DNA of 63,004 bases from a virus. Lineage: Duplodnaviria; Caudoviricetes. Under the pieces are notes generated by a model. It made no database searches. It was not told the origin of the DNA and was given only the letters and a program-made list of their open reading frames with translations. The translations under genes were made by a program, and so were the position numbers. This document shows, one piece after another, positions 26,147-36,484 of this stretch (positions are counted from its first letter, which is position 1; each line of letters starts with the position of its first letter). The DNA lies in the IMG/VR virus record IMGVR_UViG_3300010354_000089, positions 1 to 63,004 of that record; one strand, written 5' to 3'.

Positions 26147-26628
26147 TAGTCCGCCTTCCATACTGGTACGAATCCGCTATCGGTCTTAGTATACAATATA
26201 ATGTTGTGTTTGAAAAGAGCTAGCAATTCCGCCTTAGACGGAATATCTTTAGAATGTCCTGAATCTAATATATGTTCATGAATGTCCAATATGTCCTTTT
26301 CACTAAACAGATACTTTGACCATTTTGTATTTTCTGGATTACTGATTGGATAAATTTTTTGAGGGACACGAACCTTGCCCTCTAATATATAATCCTCAAT
26401 TGTAATCTTATGCTTATTTAAAAGCTCTGCAACCTCATTAATAGTGTATGCTCTAGACATATACTTTTCAACCTGTGCATAAGAATACAACATTCTTTTT
26501 TTATCTGGGTAGCACCAAGCAATTAGTTCATCCTTTGCTCTTGAGCCTCTCAGAACCTTATGTATTTTTTCGTTTAAGAAGAAATACCGTATGTTTTTGA
26601 GTTTGTTTGCTCTTGGTCGTTTAGCCAT
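26146..26628 (-). CDS. MerR/excisionase-like HTH protein
   Basis: AYTINEVAELLNKHKITIEDY..EG.V. Confidence 0.65.
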   Translation of the reverse strand: MAKRPRANKLKNIRYFFLNEKIHKVLRGSRAKDELIAWCYPDKKRMLYSYAQVEKYMSRAYTINEVAELLNKHKITIEDYILEGKVRVPQKIYPISNPENTKWSKYLFSEKDILDIHEHILDSGHSKDIPSKAELLALFKHNIILYTKTDSGFVPVWKAD

Positions 26629-26762
26629 TTACCGAACCTATTGCTTTCTTTATTGATCATCCATCTCTTTCCACATAGAATACAGAATAGCTCTATATGC
26701 AGTTTTTGAGAAAAAACTCTATCAACAAAAACTCTACCATTACACCTTTGGCACTTCATCAT
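26574..26762 (-). CDS. Zinc-ribbon protein
   Basis: CQRC and CILCG. Confidence 0.7.
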   Translation of the reverse strand: MMKCQRCNGRVFVDRVFSQKLHIELFCILCGKRWMINKESNRFGKWLNDQEQTNSKTYGISS

Positions 26763-27559
26763 AACTTAAACACCTTCCCATCTACAACACAAGAATAATC
26801 TGGGGCTACGTGAATCATTTGAATATGAGGGTAGTCATTTACAATATGAGCAATTGCAAATCCCTTTTGCCAATCATGATGTTGTGTATACTTCATGCCT
26901 GGGCCTTTTTCATCACACATGTGACCGATTTCGTAGCCACGAAGAGTTTCTCCATCTCCATTATTTCTTAATTCATAAGTTACAAGGTGAGATGCAATTC
27001 TATGAGAATGTCCACGAATTAAAGATACCTGTAAGTCTTCCATATCTTTACGAACAGACCCAGTTGCAGCAATTGAAATTCCATGATGAACATGGATGTC
27101 CCCAAAGCGACGCTTAGGAAGTTCATTATAATAAATATATTCATATCCCAATGAGTCTAATGACCAAAGAGATTCTGGTGTTACCTCGTTTATATAGTCT
27201 GGAAGCTTTGCATCCACATAATTAAAAATTCTTACGTCATGGTTTCCGAGTGCTGAAAATAACTGTGCGTCGGGAAGCATCTCACGAGTCTTTGCATAAA
27301 AATCTCTTGCGCCTTTTGCTTCATGTCGCATCATTGGAACAATAAGATCTTTACTGTCAGTCTTATGTAAATTTAAAAATTCTGCAGAACGACCTTCAGT
27401 ATACTTGCTATAGCATGCTTGATCATCTGTATCTCCAAGATAATCTACAACGTCTGGCTTAAACCACTTCATTACCTTAAACCAAAGCTCAATCATCTTG
27501 TCATCTTGATATGGGAATTGCTGATCGGATGATAGCATCCACTTTAAATCGTTGCTCAT
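26759..27559 (-). CDS. Calcineurin-like metallophosphoesterase
   Basis: SDQQ, LGDTDD, GNHD, HHG and GHSH. Confidence 0.88.
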   Translation of the reverse strand: MSNDLKWMLSSDQQFPYQDDKMIELWFKVMKWFKPDVVDYLGDTDDQACYSKYTEGRSAEFLNLHKTDSKDLIVPMMRHEAKGARDFYAKTREMLPDAQLFSALGNHDVRIFNYVDAKLPDYINEVTPESLWSLDSLGYEYIYYNELPKRRFGDIHVHHGISIAATGSVRKDMEDLQVSLIRGHSHRIASHLVTYELRNNGDGETLRGYEIGHMCDEKGPGMKYTQHHDWQKGFAIAHIVNDYPHIQMIHVAPDYSCVVDGKVFKL

Positions 27560-27575
27560 TAGTTACCTTAATATT

Positions 27576-27639
27576 AAAAAAGTCACGGTGCGTGACTTTA
27601 ATGCTACAGGAATTGTAGCATATAGTTTTGGGTTGTCAA
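27576..27639 (-). promoter_or_regulatory. Sigma70-type promoter (TTGACA-16-TACAAT, extended TG) with two stacked inverted repeats
   Basis: -35 at 27634-27639, -10 at 27612-27617; IR atgctaca/tgtagcat at 27601-27621; IR aaagtcacg/cgtgacttt at 27579-27599. Confidence 0.65.
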
Positions 27640-27641
27640 TA

Positions 27642-28088
27642 CTATACAGAAGCTATAGCAAAGTAATGTAATTTAACTCCAGTAAAAGTTCTTAAAGATG
27701 TAGCAACTGAAGTCTTTTCTGTTCCTGCAACTCTATTAAAAGCAAAAGTAAATCCAGTATTACTATACCCTGGCTTTAAATATCCAATTAGATCTGCGTC
27801 GCCATAACTTGTCTCAATCGTACAGATAATTGCTGCTGGTGTGCTTGTTAGAGGGTTTTTAAATGTTACTGATTTTGTTATTTCTTTATCTACAATATTT
27901 AAGTTTCCAATATTTGCTATGCCTGCGGTCATTCTTTGTGCAATTGCAGTATTTGCTAAATTGCTGTACTGACTTGGAAGTGTTAATGTTTCAGCATTAA
28001 TTTGATTTAAATATGTTACTAATTGATTTAATTTAGTAGCATCAAGCGGTGCGCCTGGATCAAATGTTAGATTTATTGGGGTAGGCAT
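27642..28088 (-). CDS. Putative minor tail/virion protein
   Basis: End of the tail operon; GAPLDATKLNQL N-terminus and beta-rich C-terminus. Confidence 0.55.
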   Translation of the reverse strand: MPTPINLTFDPGAPLDATKLNQLVTYLNQINAETLTLPSQYSNLANTAIAQRMTAGIANIGNLNIVDKEITKSVTFKNPLTSTPAAIICTIETSYGDADLIGYLKPGYSNTGFTFAFNRVAGTEKTSVATSLRTFTGVKLHYFAIASV

Positions 28089-28480
28089 AGTTCATCTCCT
28101 TCATCATGCATTGCTGCATCAACCTTACTTACTTCTATAATCTTAGATCTATCAAGACCATATCTTACGAATACTTCTGGGTCCGTAATGTGCCTTCTTT
28201 TATTCTGAGATATCAAATACAGTTTACCATCTGATATATCTTTAATCAAAGTGCCATCCCTAAACCCTAATTTACCAGCCAATTTAAAATTTTTAATAGC
28301 TGAGTCTGTTGCATTTACCGTAGGAAAGCTCCATGAGGTTGCTGCTTTATCAGATATTAACTTAAACCTTTTACCGTCTTTAATCCAATAAGTTCCGCTT
28401 TCAGTTCTTATTGCAAGACCAGATGGGAAATTAGTTGGTGACGTTATTAAGGGACTGGGAGTACTCTTGAATAGCCTCAT
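28073..28480 (-). CDS. Hypothetical protein with a duplicated G.L.K..YLI...KR motif
   Basis: Internal repeat (TYWIKDGKRFKL / LYLISQNKRRHI). Confidence 0.6.
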   Translation of the reverse strand: MRLFKSTPSPLITSPTNFPSGLAIRTESGTYWIKDGKRFKLISDKAATSWSFPTVNATDSAIKNFKLAGKLGFRDGTLIKDISDGKLYLISQNKRRHITDPEVFVRYGLDRSKIIEVSKVDAAMHDEGDELCLPQ

Positions 28481-28613
28481 CTTTAGCCTTTTTTTCATCT
28501 ATAAGCTGTGTAATCTCTGCTCGCAATATAGCAATTTGGACTTCGTAGTTTGAAACTAGTTCTCCAATTTTTTGCTGCAGCGCTGCCACAACTAGTTCTG
28601 CTTTGTCTGCCAA
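28431..28613 (-). CDS. Small coiled-coil protein
   Basis: Heptad pattern; TTG start. Confidence 0.6.
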   Translation of the reverse strand: MADKAELVVAALQQKIGELVSNYEVQIAILRAEITQLIDEKKAKDEAIQEYSQSLNNVTN

Positions 28614-28629
28614 AATAGTCTCTATTCTA

Positions 28630-28848
28630 TTATGCTTCTAGCTCAGCCTTTGCTGCAAGAAGTGCATTCTTTTTTGTTGTTACAGCAGTAACCTTAGCTT
28701 GTACGCTAGAGATTACAGCTTGGTCTACTGGTGTTACAGCATTAGCTTCAATTAAATCTAACTCATAATTAAATAATGAGTATTCAACTGTCTTTAAATG
28801 CTGATCAATGATAGCAATTTTTTCTTCTGGTGTTAACTCTACTGTCAT
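28630..28848 (-). CDS. Small coiled-coil protein, paralog A
   Basis: Own TGATATAAT promoter and SD; similar to 28880..29110. Confidence 0.7.
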   Translation of the reverse strand: MTVELTPEEKIAIIDQHLKTVEYSLFNYELDLIEANAVTPVDQAVISSVQAKVTAVTTKKNALLAAKAELEA

Positions 28849-28879
28849 GTCTACCCTCCTTCTGTATTATATCAGTATC

Positions 28880-29110
28880 TTAGCTATTTGACAATAGCTG
28901 GTCTTTTTCAGCCTGTAAAAAAGCTAATTTAAGCAAAGCATTTGATTTATATAACTGTATATTCTGTACTGGCTCTCTATCAGGATCCACCCCTTGCTCT
29001 AAGGCGAACATTTGAAGGTCTAGGTCATAGTTATATATAGTTTCATTCAAGAATCTAATTTTAGAATCAAGAATAAATAATTTATCTTCTAGTGTCAGCT
29101 CTGTGCTCAT
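28880..29110 (-). CDS. Small coiled-coil protein, paralog B
   Basis: Own TGATATACT promoter and SD; ELTxExK...NYxLDL shared with paralog A. Confidence 0.7.
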   Translation of the reverse strand: MSTELTLEDKLFILDSKIRFLNETIYNYDLDLQMFALEQGVDPDREPVQNIQLYKSNALLKLAFLQAEKDQLLSNS

Positions 29111-29139
29111 TTAATCTCCTTTTGATTAAGTATATCATT

Positions 29140-32100
29140 TTAAATTCCAGCTGTCCATGGGCCAGTATATTCGTTTCCGTCTGTTCCAAATTGATATGGC
29201 TGGATGCTTCCATATCTTGCAGCTGTGCTATATGTTACATCTCCTCTGAGAGAGGACACAAGGTACGGTCTAAATACTCCCTGGACTGAGGTATATGTAT
29301 CATTTGTTGTTGTATAGCTTCTAAATGTGCTAGTTGTTCTGGCAGTTCCTGCTGCTAACTGAGTTGAGTTTGGACCATTAAAATTCCATCCTCTACTAGT
29401 TCCAATACTTCCACTAAAGCTAAATGTTCCATTTGTCCATCCCCACTTATAGTTAGCAGTTCCAGTTGTTATTCTTTGGAAGTTAGATCCTGCAGTCCAT
29501 CCAGGCATAGTTCCGTTCCACTGTGGAGTAACAAATACAGCATTCCAAATAGCTGTAGCTGTGGCATTTGCAGATCCAAATGTATATGATCCTCCACCAG
29601 AATATGTAACACCACCAATATTCCATCCTCCAAAAGTAAATCCAGAACGAGTTCCAGCTCCAGATGCCAAAGTAATTGTTTGACCTGCTGTTCCAGTTTG
29701 TGACGTTGGTGTGGTGCTTCCTCCATTAGCGCTATATGTTAATGTATATGTTGTAACAGTTAATGCTGTTCCGCTTGCGGTTGCTTGAACTGTTTGATAT
29801 CCAGATAAAGCTTTTGAAACTGTTACTGTTGAAGAAGCTCCCGAACCTAAACCACTTGCTGTAATTGCTCCGCTTGTAGAGTTTACTGTAGCTGACCCAG
29901 CTGTTGCAGATACAAAGCTATATGTTGCACCAGTTTGTGCACCAGAATTAATAGAAGCAGTCCACCCTCCAGCTGCAGATGTAGACGTACCATAAGTAAA
30001 AGCTACTCCATCAGCAAATGCAGATGTTATTTGATTACTATAAAAGTAATAAGTTGTTCCATTTGTTCCTACTACAGTATCTCTAACCGCAAAAATATAC
30101 GGAGATCCTGCTGGGTCTGCTGTTGATATTGCGTATGGGTTTGCTGTCCTAGTTGCAGTATTAGTATTTCCACCAGGGGCTTGTACGTTTGCTGCCGAAG
30201 TTGAGTATACCAAAACAGATGTTACGCTTGAAGCATTTGTATAAGTTCCTCCTCCCCAAGTTATGCTATCTAAATACTTAACAGTTGTTGTTGAATTTGT
30301 AGCAGTTGCTCTTGCAAATGGAGAAGTTGTTTGTGATGGAGCTGGTATGACAACACCTACTGCAGATGGGGATCTTGTCCATCCAGACCAAGTGCTTCCT
30401 CCATTTGATGCAGATACAAAAAAGAAATAAGTTGATCCACTTGCAGGCTGAGATCCATTTTTATCAGGATCTCCTGGGCCCCAATCCCAAGAGCCAGAAG
30501 TAGATGTTATTGTTGAACCATTTACTAATTTTTCCTCATCAAATGTTGTTGCAGCAGACCCTGGGGTAGTACCACTTGTATTCCAATAAATTCTATATCT
30601 ATCAGCATTTGTTGCTCCTGACCAACTAGCAGTTATTGTTGTTGAACTTCCGTTATTAGCTGCGCTTACCGATGTTGGAGCAGTAGCAACAGCTGGAATA
30701 AATACAGAAACTCTAGTCGTACCATAAGAACTTACGTCAGACCCTATAGTATTTGATGTTGCTGTTAGGGCTGATCTAACCCAGAAATAATATGTTGTAT
30801 TAGGTGTAGGAGTAAATCCTGGGGTATATGTTATTGTTGTTGTGTTTTGCGTAGCAGTACCACTATCAAATCCAGTTCCATCTGCGGGATATGTTCCGCT
30901 TGTGTTGTACCAAGACTGGAACCATGGACCAGATCCTCCAGAATAAGTAATAATAAACGATGTTCCGTTCCAAACTACTGAACTAGGGGTTGGAGCGGTT
31001 AAGCTATTAACACCAACAGTAAAGCTTCCAGAACCATTTCTAGGTCTTGTATATCCAACTAAAGTTTTATTACCAGTAGTAGAATAAGATTTTGTCAGTG
31101 TTCTTGTAATTGGAGTTCCACTACCTGCAGTTATGCTTTGCCATCCACTGTCTGTGCCGTCTCCATAATATACTATAAATTCTCTTGGATATGCAACGTT
31201 TGGAGATGGGGAACCACCCAAGCTAACTGTAATTGTGGTGTTAGAATTTAATCCAACATTTGCTGGAGTTGCAGATAAAGATATTGTTGGAGCTGCCGAT
31301 ATATCGTAATCATGGTAGTAGGTAGTTGTTTGTCCACTTTTAATAGCAGAAACTTCTATTTCTAAGTTCCATCTAGGACTTCCGCCACTATATGTTGATC
31401 CATTAAATGTGGCATCTAGGCTAAATGTATCATATATTGTGGCAACTCCATTTGCTATAGTCACACTTGATATGTTTCCAGAACCACTTGCATTTGCTGT
31501 ATATGTTAGCCAAGCCCCAGTCCCTGCAGCATCTGTTGCAGTAACCGTTCCTGGATTCCAATATATACCAGTTTGCCAATTGTAAACCCTATACCTAACT
31601 CTATATGTGGTTAAGCTATTTACATTTTCTATTCTGGCATATGTTCTTAAAAATGTGCTTGTTGGAACTCTAAGAAGATTATCTAATCCATTTTCATAAT
31701 TTACATCTTGTATGTCTGAAGTTATTACTATTGCTCCACTAACAGGAGCACCTTCGCTAATTCCTTGAGAAGTATTTTCATTATAATACCTAGAGTATGA
31801 GTTTGTTGGCAAAACTTCAAAAACAATGTAAGATCCAATATCAGCACTTGTTATTGTATATGGATATGAACCGCTAATAGTTGTGCTATTATTTGTTGTA
31901 GCAGCGTCAAAAAATAAATCTTCTTTTAATAATACCCCACCTGGTGTTCCAGCAGAGGGAGACCTCCACCATCTAACTACAGAAAGCATCTGATCTGGTT
32001 TATTATACCAATAATTCTCAAACGCAAATCTTCCTTGTAAAGTATTTCCTACTGATGTTCCATTACCTGTAAAATCAAATTGAGTATTAACCATTTGTCT

Positions 32101-32607
32101 TTTAATCATATATACTGGATCAGATGTAGGCTTAATAAAATCTGAGTTATTTTCAACTTTCATTTCATAAAAAACATACATCTCGTCAGCCATCTCTTGA
32201 TTAGATTGTACATTTAAAATATCATCACCATAGCTACTTGTAGAGGTTTCTAAATCTATTCTTTCTCCAAGAGCTGTTGTTGCGTATGTCCATTTTCTAC
32301 CGCTTTTTATTGTCCAGTTTGTATATTCTCCGTCATGACCATATAGCGTAGTATTTATATATTGTGGGCTGGTGGCAACTGTTCCGTTGTAGCTTCCAAG
32401 CCTAATTGATATTACATCTGATGTTGGCTGTGGAAGATCTGCATTATAAAATATTTCTCTCCAAGCATTGGTTCCAGAAGCAGCAACTTTTGCCCACATT
32501 CTTGTAACCTTTTTCCAAATATTTTCTCCAGTTACTTTTACAAATATATTATCAACCTGGCTAAATTGTGTAGACGGGTTTGTTTTTACCCACATATTTC
32601 TAGACAT
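29140..32607 (-). CDS. Tail fibre/adhesin with PKD, FN3 and InlB B-repeat-like domains
   Basis: Thr/Ser/Gly-rich; YYGDGT (PKD); TYYFWVRS (FN3); TYSANGGS...TRSGFTFGGW (B-repeat). Confidence 0.7.
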   Translation of the reverse strand: MSRNMWVKTNPSTQFSQVDNIFVKVTGENIWKKVTRMWAKVAASGTNAWREIFYNADLPQPTSDVISIRLGSYNGTVATSPQYINTTLYGHDGEYTNWTIKSGRKWTYATTALGERIDLETSTSSYGDDILNVQSNQEMADEMYVFYEMKVENNSDFIKPTSDPVYMIKRQMVNTQFDFTGNGTSVGNTLQGRFAFENYWYNKPDQMLSVVRWWRSPSAGTPGGVLLKEDLFFDAATTNNSTTISGSYPYTITSADIGSYIVFEVLPTNSYSRYYNENTSQGISEGAPVSGAIVITSDIQDVNYENGLDNLLRVPTSTFLRTYARIENVNSLTTYRVRYRVYNWQTGIYWNPGTVTATDAAGTGAWLTYTANASGSGNISSVTIANGVATIYDTFSLDATFNGSTYSGGSPRWNLEIEVSAIKSGQTTTYYHDYDISAAPTISLSATPANVGLNSNTTITVSLGGSPSPNVAYPREFIVYYGDGTDSGWQSITAGSGTPITRTLTKSYSTTGNKTLVGYTRPRNGSGSFTVGVNSLTAPTPSSVVWNGTSFIITYSGGSGPWFQSWYNTSGTYPADGTGFDSGTATQNTTTITYTPGFTPTPNTTYYFWVRSALTATSNTIGSDVSSYGTTRVSVFIPAVATAPTSVSAANNGSSTTITASWSGATNADRYRIYWNTSGTTPGSAATTFDEEKLVNGSTITSTSGSWDWGPGDPDKNGSQPASGSTYFFFVSASNGGSTWSGWTRSPSAVGVVIPAPSQTTSPFARATATNSTTTVKYLDSITWGGGTYTNASSVTSVLVYSTSAANVQAPGGNTNTATRTANPYAISTADPAGSPYIFAVRDTVVGTNGTTYYFYSNQITSAFADGVAFTYGTSTSAAGGWTASINSGAQTGATYSFVSATAGSATVNSTSGAITASGLGSGASSTVTVSKALSGYQTVQATASGTALTVTTYTLTYSANGGSTTPTSQTGTAGQTITLASGAGTRSGFTFGGWNIGGVTYSGGGSYTFGSANATATAIWNAVFVTPQWNGTMPGWTAGSNFQRITTGTANYKWGWTNGTFSFSGSIGTSRGWNFNGPNSTQLAAGTARTTSTFRSYTTTNDTYTSVQGVFRPYLVSSLRGDVTYSTAARYGSIQPYQFGTDGNEYTGPWTAGI

Positions 32608-35198
32608 TACGCCCAGCTAACCCAAAGATCTCCAGTACGACCAGTTGAAGCACCTGGGGCACTAGTTCTTTGTCCATAATAAACTCCCATTCCAAGAAGT
32701 GTCTGACCAGTAACTGGATCTTCTACAAGCATTCTTTGTCTTGGGACTCCACCTAATGGAGATGCATATCTATATGAAAATGGAGAATAGTCTGTCATGT
32801 CAATATCTCCTTGAGTTGGAATTCCATATATAGAAACTCCTGATGTTGCATCAATAATAATTTTTGCTCCGCCAGAATATGCTCTAACGTCAGACCAGTT
32901 ATTTATGTTAGTTGTTCTTCCTTGTAAAACTATATTTGATGTATTGGCTTGTAAATAAGTAGATGAAGCATTTCCAGCAAAGAATGTTCCATTAATGTCT
33001 GCTCCTGTTGCAAATAATTTACCAGTTGCATCAACTCTAAAATTTGCTCCTGATCTGCTTGCAATGCTTGTCTGTCCAGCCCATAAAACAATATCTGATG
33101 TTGAGGTAGGAGCATCAATTCCAGCAGAATATCCTAATGAATTTAATGTTGTTGATACGCTAACGTAACCTCCTGCAGAATCTAATATAATTCCGTTTTT
33201 TGTAATTTGGGTTCCAGTAACATCCCATCCAGCAATAGACCCTCTACTAAAAACAGCATTACCTGTATTGTTAGATATTGAAAATACTTCTGTTGCTCCA
33301 TCGTACCCAAATAAGCCATTTAATGTCATCTTAACACGACGGCCAGATCCAGAGTCTGCACCTGCAAATATTGAGGCTGATGCTCCAGTTACACCAAGTT
33401 CTCCAGTTGTAATGTAGCTACTTCCTGTTACAGTAAACCCTCCAGTTACAGCAAGAGTAGAGCCGTTCCATGTTAATTTGTCTCCTAAGCTAAACCTACC
33501 AACGCCAGAAGAGTTTGCTAAATAAACTGGAGTGTTTGCATTTGCATAAGTTCCAGTTCCTATATATATAGCTGGGTCTACTGCAGTTCCATCAATTACT
33601 ACTTTCCCAGATCCGCCAACATTTATTTTACCAGTTATAATGCTATTAGTTTTTAATCTATCTGCATCTAAAGTGTTAGCAATTATCTTATCACCAACAA
33701 TTGTATTTCCAGCAATAAGATCTCCAACAATAGTTCCGCTTGTAATTGCTGTTTGTGCATTTATTGTTCCAGGTGTAGCGCTTGCTATAGAAGAATAAGG
33801 TCCAACATTTCCAGAAGAATCTATTGCTCTTACTCGTACATAATATGTTGTTCCAGTTGTTAAGCCAGTAAATGTTGCAACTGTTCCAGTTATTGTTTGA
33901 TCTTGTATAATTGTGCTAAATAAATTAGAGGCAGATAACTGAAACTGATATGTTCCTCTTCCTAAATCAACATCTGATTCTAAATTTCTTGACCAATATG
34001 CAACTATATTATTAAATCCTGCTACAGCAACAAGTCCTGTCGGAGCAACTGGGGCAGTTGTATCTCCTGGAACTGTAACTGCAACTGGAGTAGCTGGAAT
34101 AAATCCACTGTCATTAACTCCATCATTTGCAGCAATTTGAAAATAATATGTTACTCCAGATCTTAAATTATCTAGTCTTCCAGATGTTCCATTAAATGTA
34201 ATATACGTACTTAAATCATTTGAAGCTCTACCAAATTTAACTGTATATGTTTTAACGTCTGGTGATGATGAAGCAGTCCATGAAAGAATTATGTACCCAG
34301 TATTTCCAGAAGGATCGCTTGAATCATTGTACCCAACTCCAGATAGTGTACCTGGTTCAGTTGGTGGGGTTACGTCACTAGCATCTGCGCTAGTTGGTTT
34401 TACAGAAACTATATTACTGTATGCAGATTGAGATCCGTTTGCATCAACAAAATATGCTCTTACCCACCGCTTTGATGTGTTTGCAGAAACAGTAATTGGA
34501 TTATCAATAGACTTCTTTTTAAAAGTATAACCTCCCGCAGGAGCAGTCATTGAATCGCTAATTACTTCTTCAATATAAACTCCTTCAAGAATATCCTCAT
34601 CTTGTGTGTTCCAAGATACGTTATAAGAATTCTCTCCAGGCGTTACAGATATGATTGGAGCTGAAAGCGGAGTTCCGTACATATCAGAAGTTATTGTTAC
34701 AGGTGTGCTTTCTGTATTATAAAAATCTATTGCTGTTACTGTTATAATAAATTGAGATTTAAATAAACCAAAATCCCTTTTATTTGTTAAAGAGTCTAGT
34801 TGCCACTCTTGGGTTGTAGTTGATTTATTTGCTACTTGAGTATATGTTTTTGATATACCTCCTGAAACTAAAACTATTCTGTAAGAGGAAACAAAAGTAT
34901 TATTAAAAGATCCACTATTTAATCCTGTATCATGTGTAAACGAAACCTTTAGTGCGCCTTTAGAAGTCCATGTTCCAGTAAGATTTGTAACTGAACTAGG
35001 TTTTGCTCTTCCTGCAGTTGTAAACTTATATATATTTGACCAGTTGTTTCCTACTTTAGTATTTAAAGCAGCATCAGCAAAAATCCATTGAAATTGCAGA
35101 TTATATTCTGTTGCAGGCAGCAAATTTGATACCGTTAGATTATAATAATTCTTATCTGACGGATCTACTGAGCCTGTAAAAGATAAATCTGCTGACAT
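32607..35198 (-). CDS. Minor tail protein with multiple FN3 domains
   Basis: DVTPPTEP, LRSGVTYYFQI and LTTGTTYYVRVRAID; I.A.KI.A repeats. Confidence 0.8.
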   Translation of the reverse strand: MSADLSFTGSVDPSDKNYYNLTVSNLLPATEYNLQFQWIFADAALNTKVGNNWSNIYKFTTAGRAKPSSVTNLTGTWTSKGALKVSFTHDTGLNSGSFNNTFVSSYRIVLVSGGISKTYTQVANKSTTTQEWQLDSLTNKRDFGLFKSQFIITVTAIDFYNTESTPVTITSDMYGTPLSAPIISVTPGENSYNVSWNTQDEDILEGVYIEEVISDSMTAPAGGYTFKKKSIDNPITVSANTSKRWVRAYFVDANGSQSAYSNIVSVKPTSADASDVTPPTEPGTLSGVGYNDSSDPSGNTGYIILSWTASSSPDVKTYTVKFGRASNDLSTYITFNGTSGRLDNLRSGVTYYFQIAANDGVNDSGFIPATPVAVTVPGDTTAPVAPTGLVAVAGFNNIVAYWSRNLESDVDLGRGTYQFQLSASNLFSTIIQDQTITGTVATFTGLTTGTTYYVRVRAIDSSGNVGPYSSIASATPGTINAQTAITSGTIVGDLIAGNTIVGDKIIANTLDADRLKTNSIITGKINVGGSGKVVIDGTAVDPAIYIGTGTYANANTPVYLANSSGVGRFSLGDKLTWNGSTLAVTGGFTVTGSSYITTGELGVTGASASIFAGADSGSGRRVKMTLNGLFGYDGATEVFSISNNTGNAVFSRGSIAGWDVTGTQITKNGIILDSAGGYVSVSTTLNSLGYSAGIDAPTSTSDIVLWAGQTSIASRSGANFRVDATGKLFATGADINGTFFAGNASSTYLQANTSNIVLQGRTTNINNWSDVRAYSGGAKIIIDATSGVSIYGIPTQGDIDMTDYSPFSYRYASPLGGVPRQRMLVEDPVTGQTLLGMGVYYGQRTSAPGASTGRTGDLWVSWA

Positions 35199-36094
35199 TA
35201 TGAGAAGTTAATTCCTATCCTGTACTCTATGTCCACTGGTCTACCTGCTGGTTTTTCTAGTGGTGTAGTTAAAACAGATCTTGATATTAAACCAAACTTA
35301 GGATCAAATGTATCTTCGTCATTAATTCTTAATCCATCAAAGTATACGGATGAAGACCCTGAGCTTTTTGCATTTATTTCTATTCCAATTTTTGTGATAA
35401 TTGATGTAGGAGATCCAGATGTTTGTATAGTAGACAAAGATCTGTTTAAAATTTTATTTCCTGTTCCTGTGTTTATATCGGTACCACTAAATGTAATGTA
35501 ATGATAAGCAGTGTCTGAGCTATAGAACTTTACAGTAATGCTATTTAAATTTAAATCTTCTTGATTAAAAGCTAAGCTTAAAGAATCATTGCTACTATAT
35601 CCTGATATATCAAAGTTTGCTATTTGAGCAATATACTCTTTTGATGTACTTGCTGCTGCTGTTGATTTAATTAAATAAGCTCCAACTCTTGGTAAAGTTA
35701 AATCTGTTGTAGTTTCAACTAAGGCTGGTCTTAATCCAGATGAATCCGCCCACAATAAATGATTTTCAAAATCAGAAAGAAACTTACTATCAAAATTATT
35801 TATAGATTCTCGTGACGAAGGGTACAAGCCAATTTCTCTAATTACACCAGCAACATCTTGAGGTAAAGTTGTTTTATAAATAACCCCATAAGTAGTATTG
35901 CCAAGACCATCTGTCTGTATGTCTATGCTTCCAAATGTAGCTGGAAGTCTATAAAACTCAAACCCTAGTCTTGTATCATTACCAGAAGAGTCTGGTGTTA
36001 TAGATGATATCCCTATAGCTAAATCTTGTTTTGGAAAAGAAACAAGCCCAGCTAAGTAGGATGTTAGAAATCTTTTTCCGAATTTTGTAATCAT
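35198..36094 (-). CDS. Minor tail/baseplate protein
   Basis: MITKFGKRFL..YLAG and IREIGLY; position in tail module. Confidence 0.7.
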   Translation of the reverse strand: MITKFGKRFLTSYLAGLVSFPKQDLAIGISSITPDSSGNDTRLGFEFYRLPATFGSIDIQTDGLGNTTYGVIYKTTLPQDVAGVIREIGLYPSSRESINNFDSKFLSDFENHLLWADSSGLRPALVETTTDLTLPRVGAYLIKSTAAASTSKEYIAQIANFDISGYSSNDSLSLAFNQEDLNLNSITVKFYSSDTAYHYITFSGTDINTGTGNKILNRSLSTIQTSGSPTSIITKIGIEINAKSSGSSSVYFDGLRINDEDTFDPKFGLISRSVLTTPLEKPAGRPVDIEYRIGINFS

Positions 36095-36465
36095 GATGGT
36101 TTCTTGCCTTTCATACCTACGATAGTTTTACCAGTAGAGTTTTTAATTTTTAACACAACAGTAACTGTTGGTGGGTTTGTATTATAGTTTACAGTTTGAG
36201 ATTTAATTGTTATATCTCCAAGCTGCGGCAGCAATGCTGCTATTTCGCCAGGAAGCTCTGGATCTTCTGGCGGTATATAAATAACGTCTGTATCCTGGTT
36301 TCCGAAGCTTGTTGAGTATCCATATAGCTGTTTAAATTTATCTACAACTTCGCCTTGTATTGGCCTAACAATACTTAGGTCTGCGTCCTGTATTGCCTTA
36401 TCCCCTGGGAGTAAGAACAGGACATCATTTTTATCAATTTGCGATGAGGATATTTTTTCTTTCAT
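36091..36465 (-). CDS. Hypothetical tail-module protein
   Basis: TGGTATAAT 6 nt before the ATG. Confidence 0.6.
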   Translation of the reverse strand: MKEKISSSQIDKNDVLFLLPGDKAIQDADLSIVRPIQGEVVDKFKQLYGYSTSFGNQDTDVIYIPPEDPELPGEIAALLPQLGDITIKSQTVNYNTNPPTVTVVLKIKNSTGKTIVGMKGKKPS

Positions 36466-36484
36466 TTTTTTATTATACCATTTA

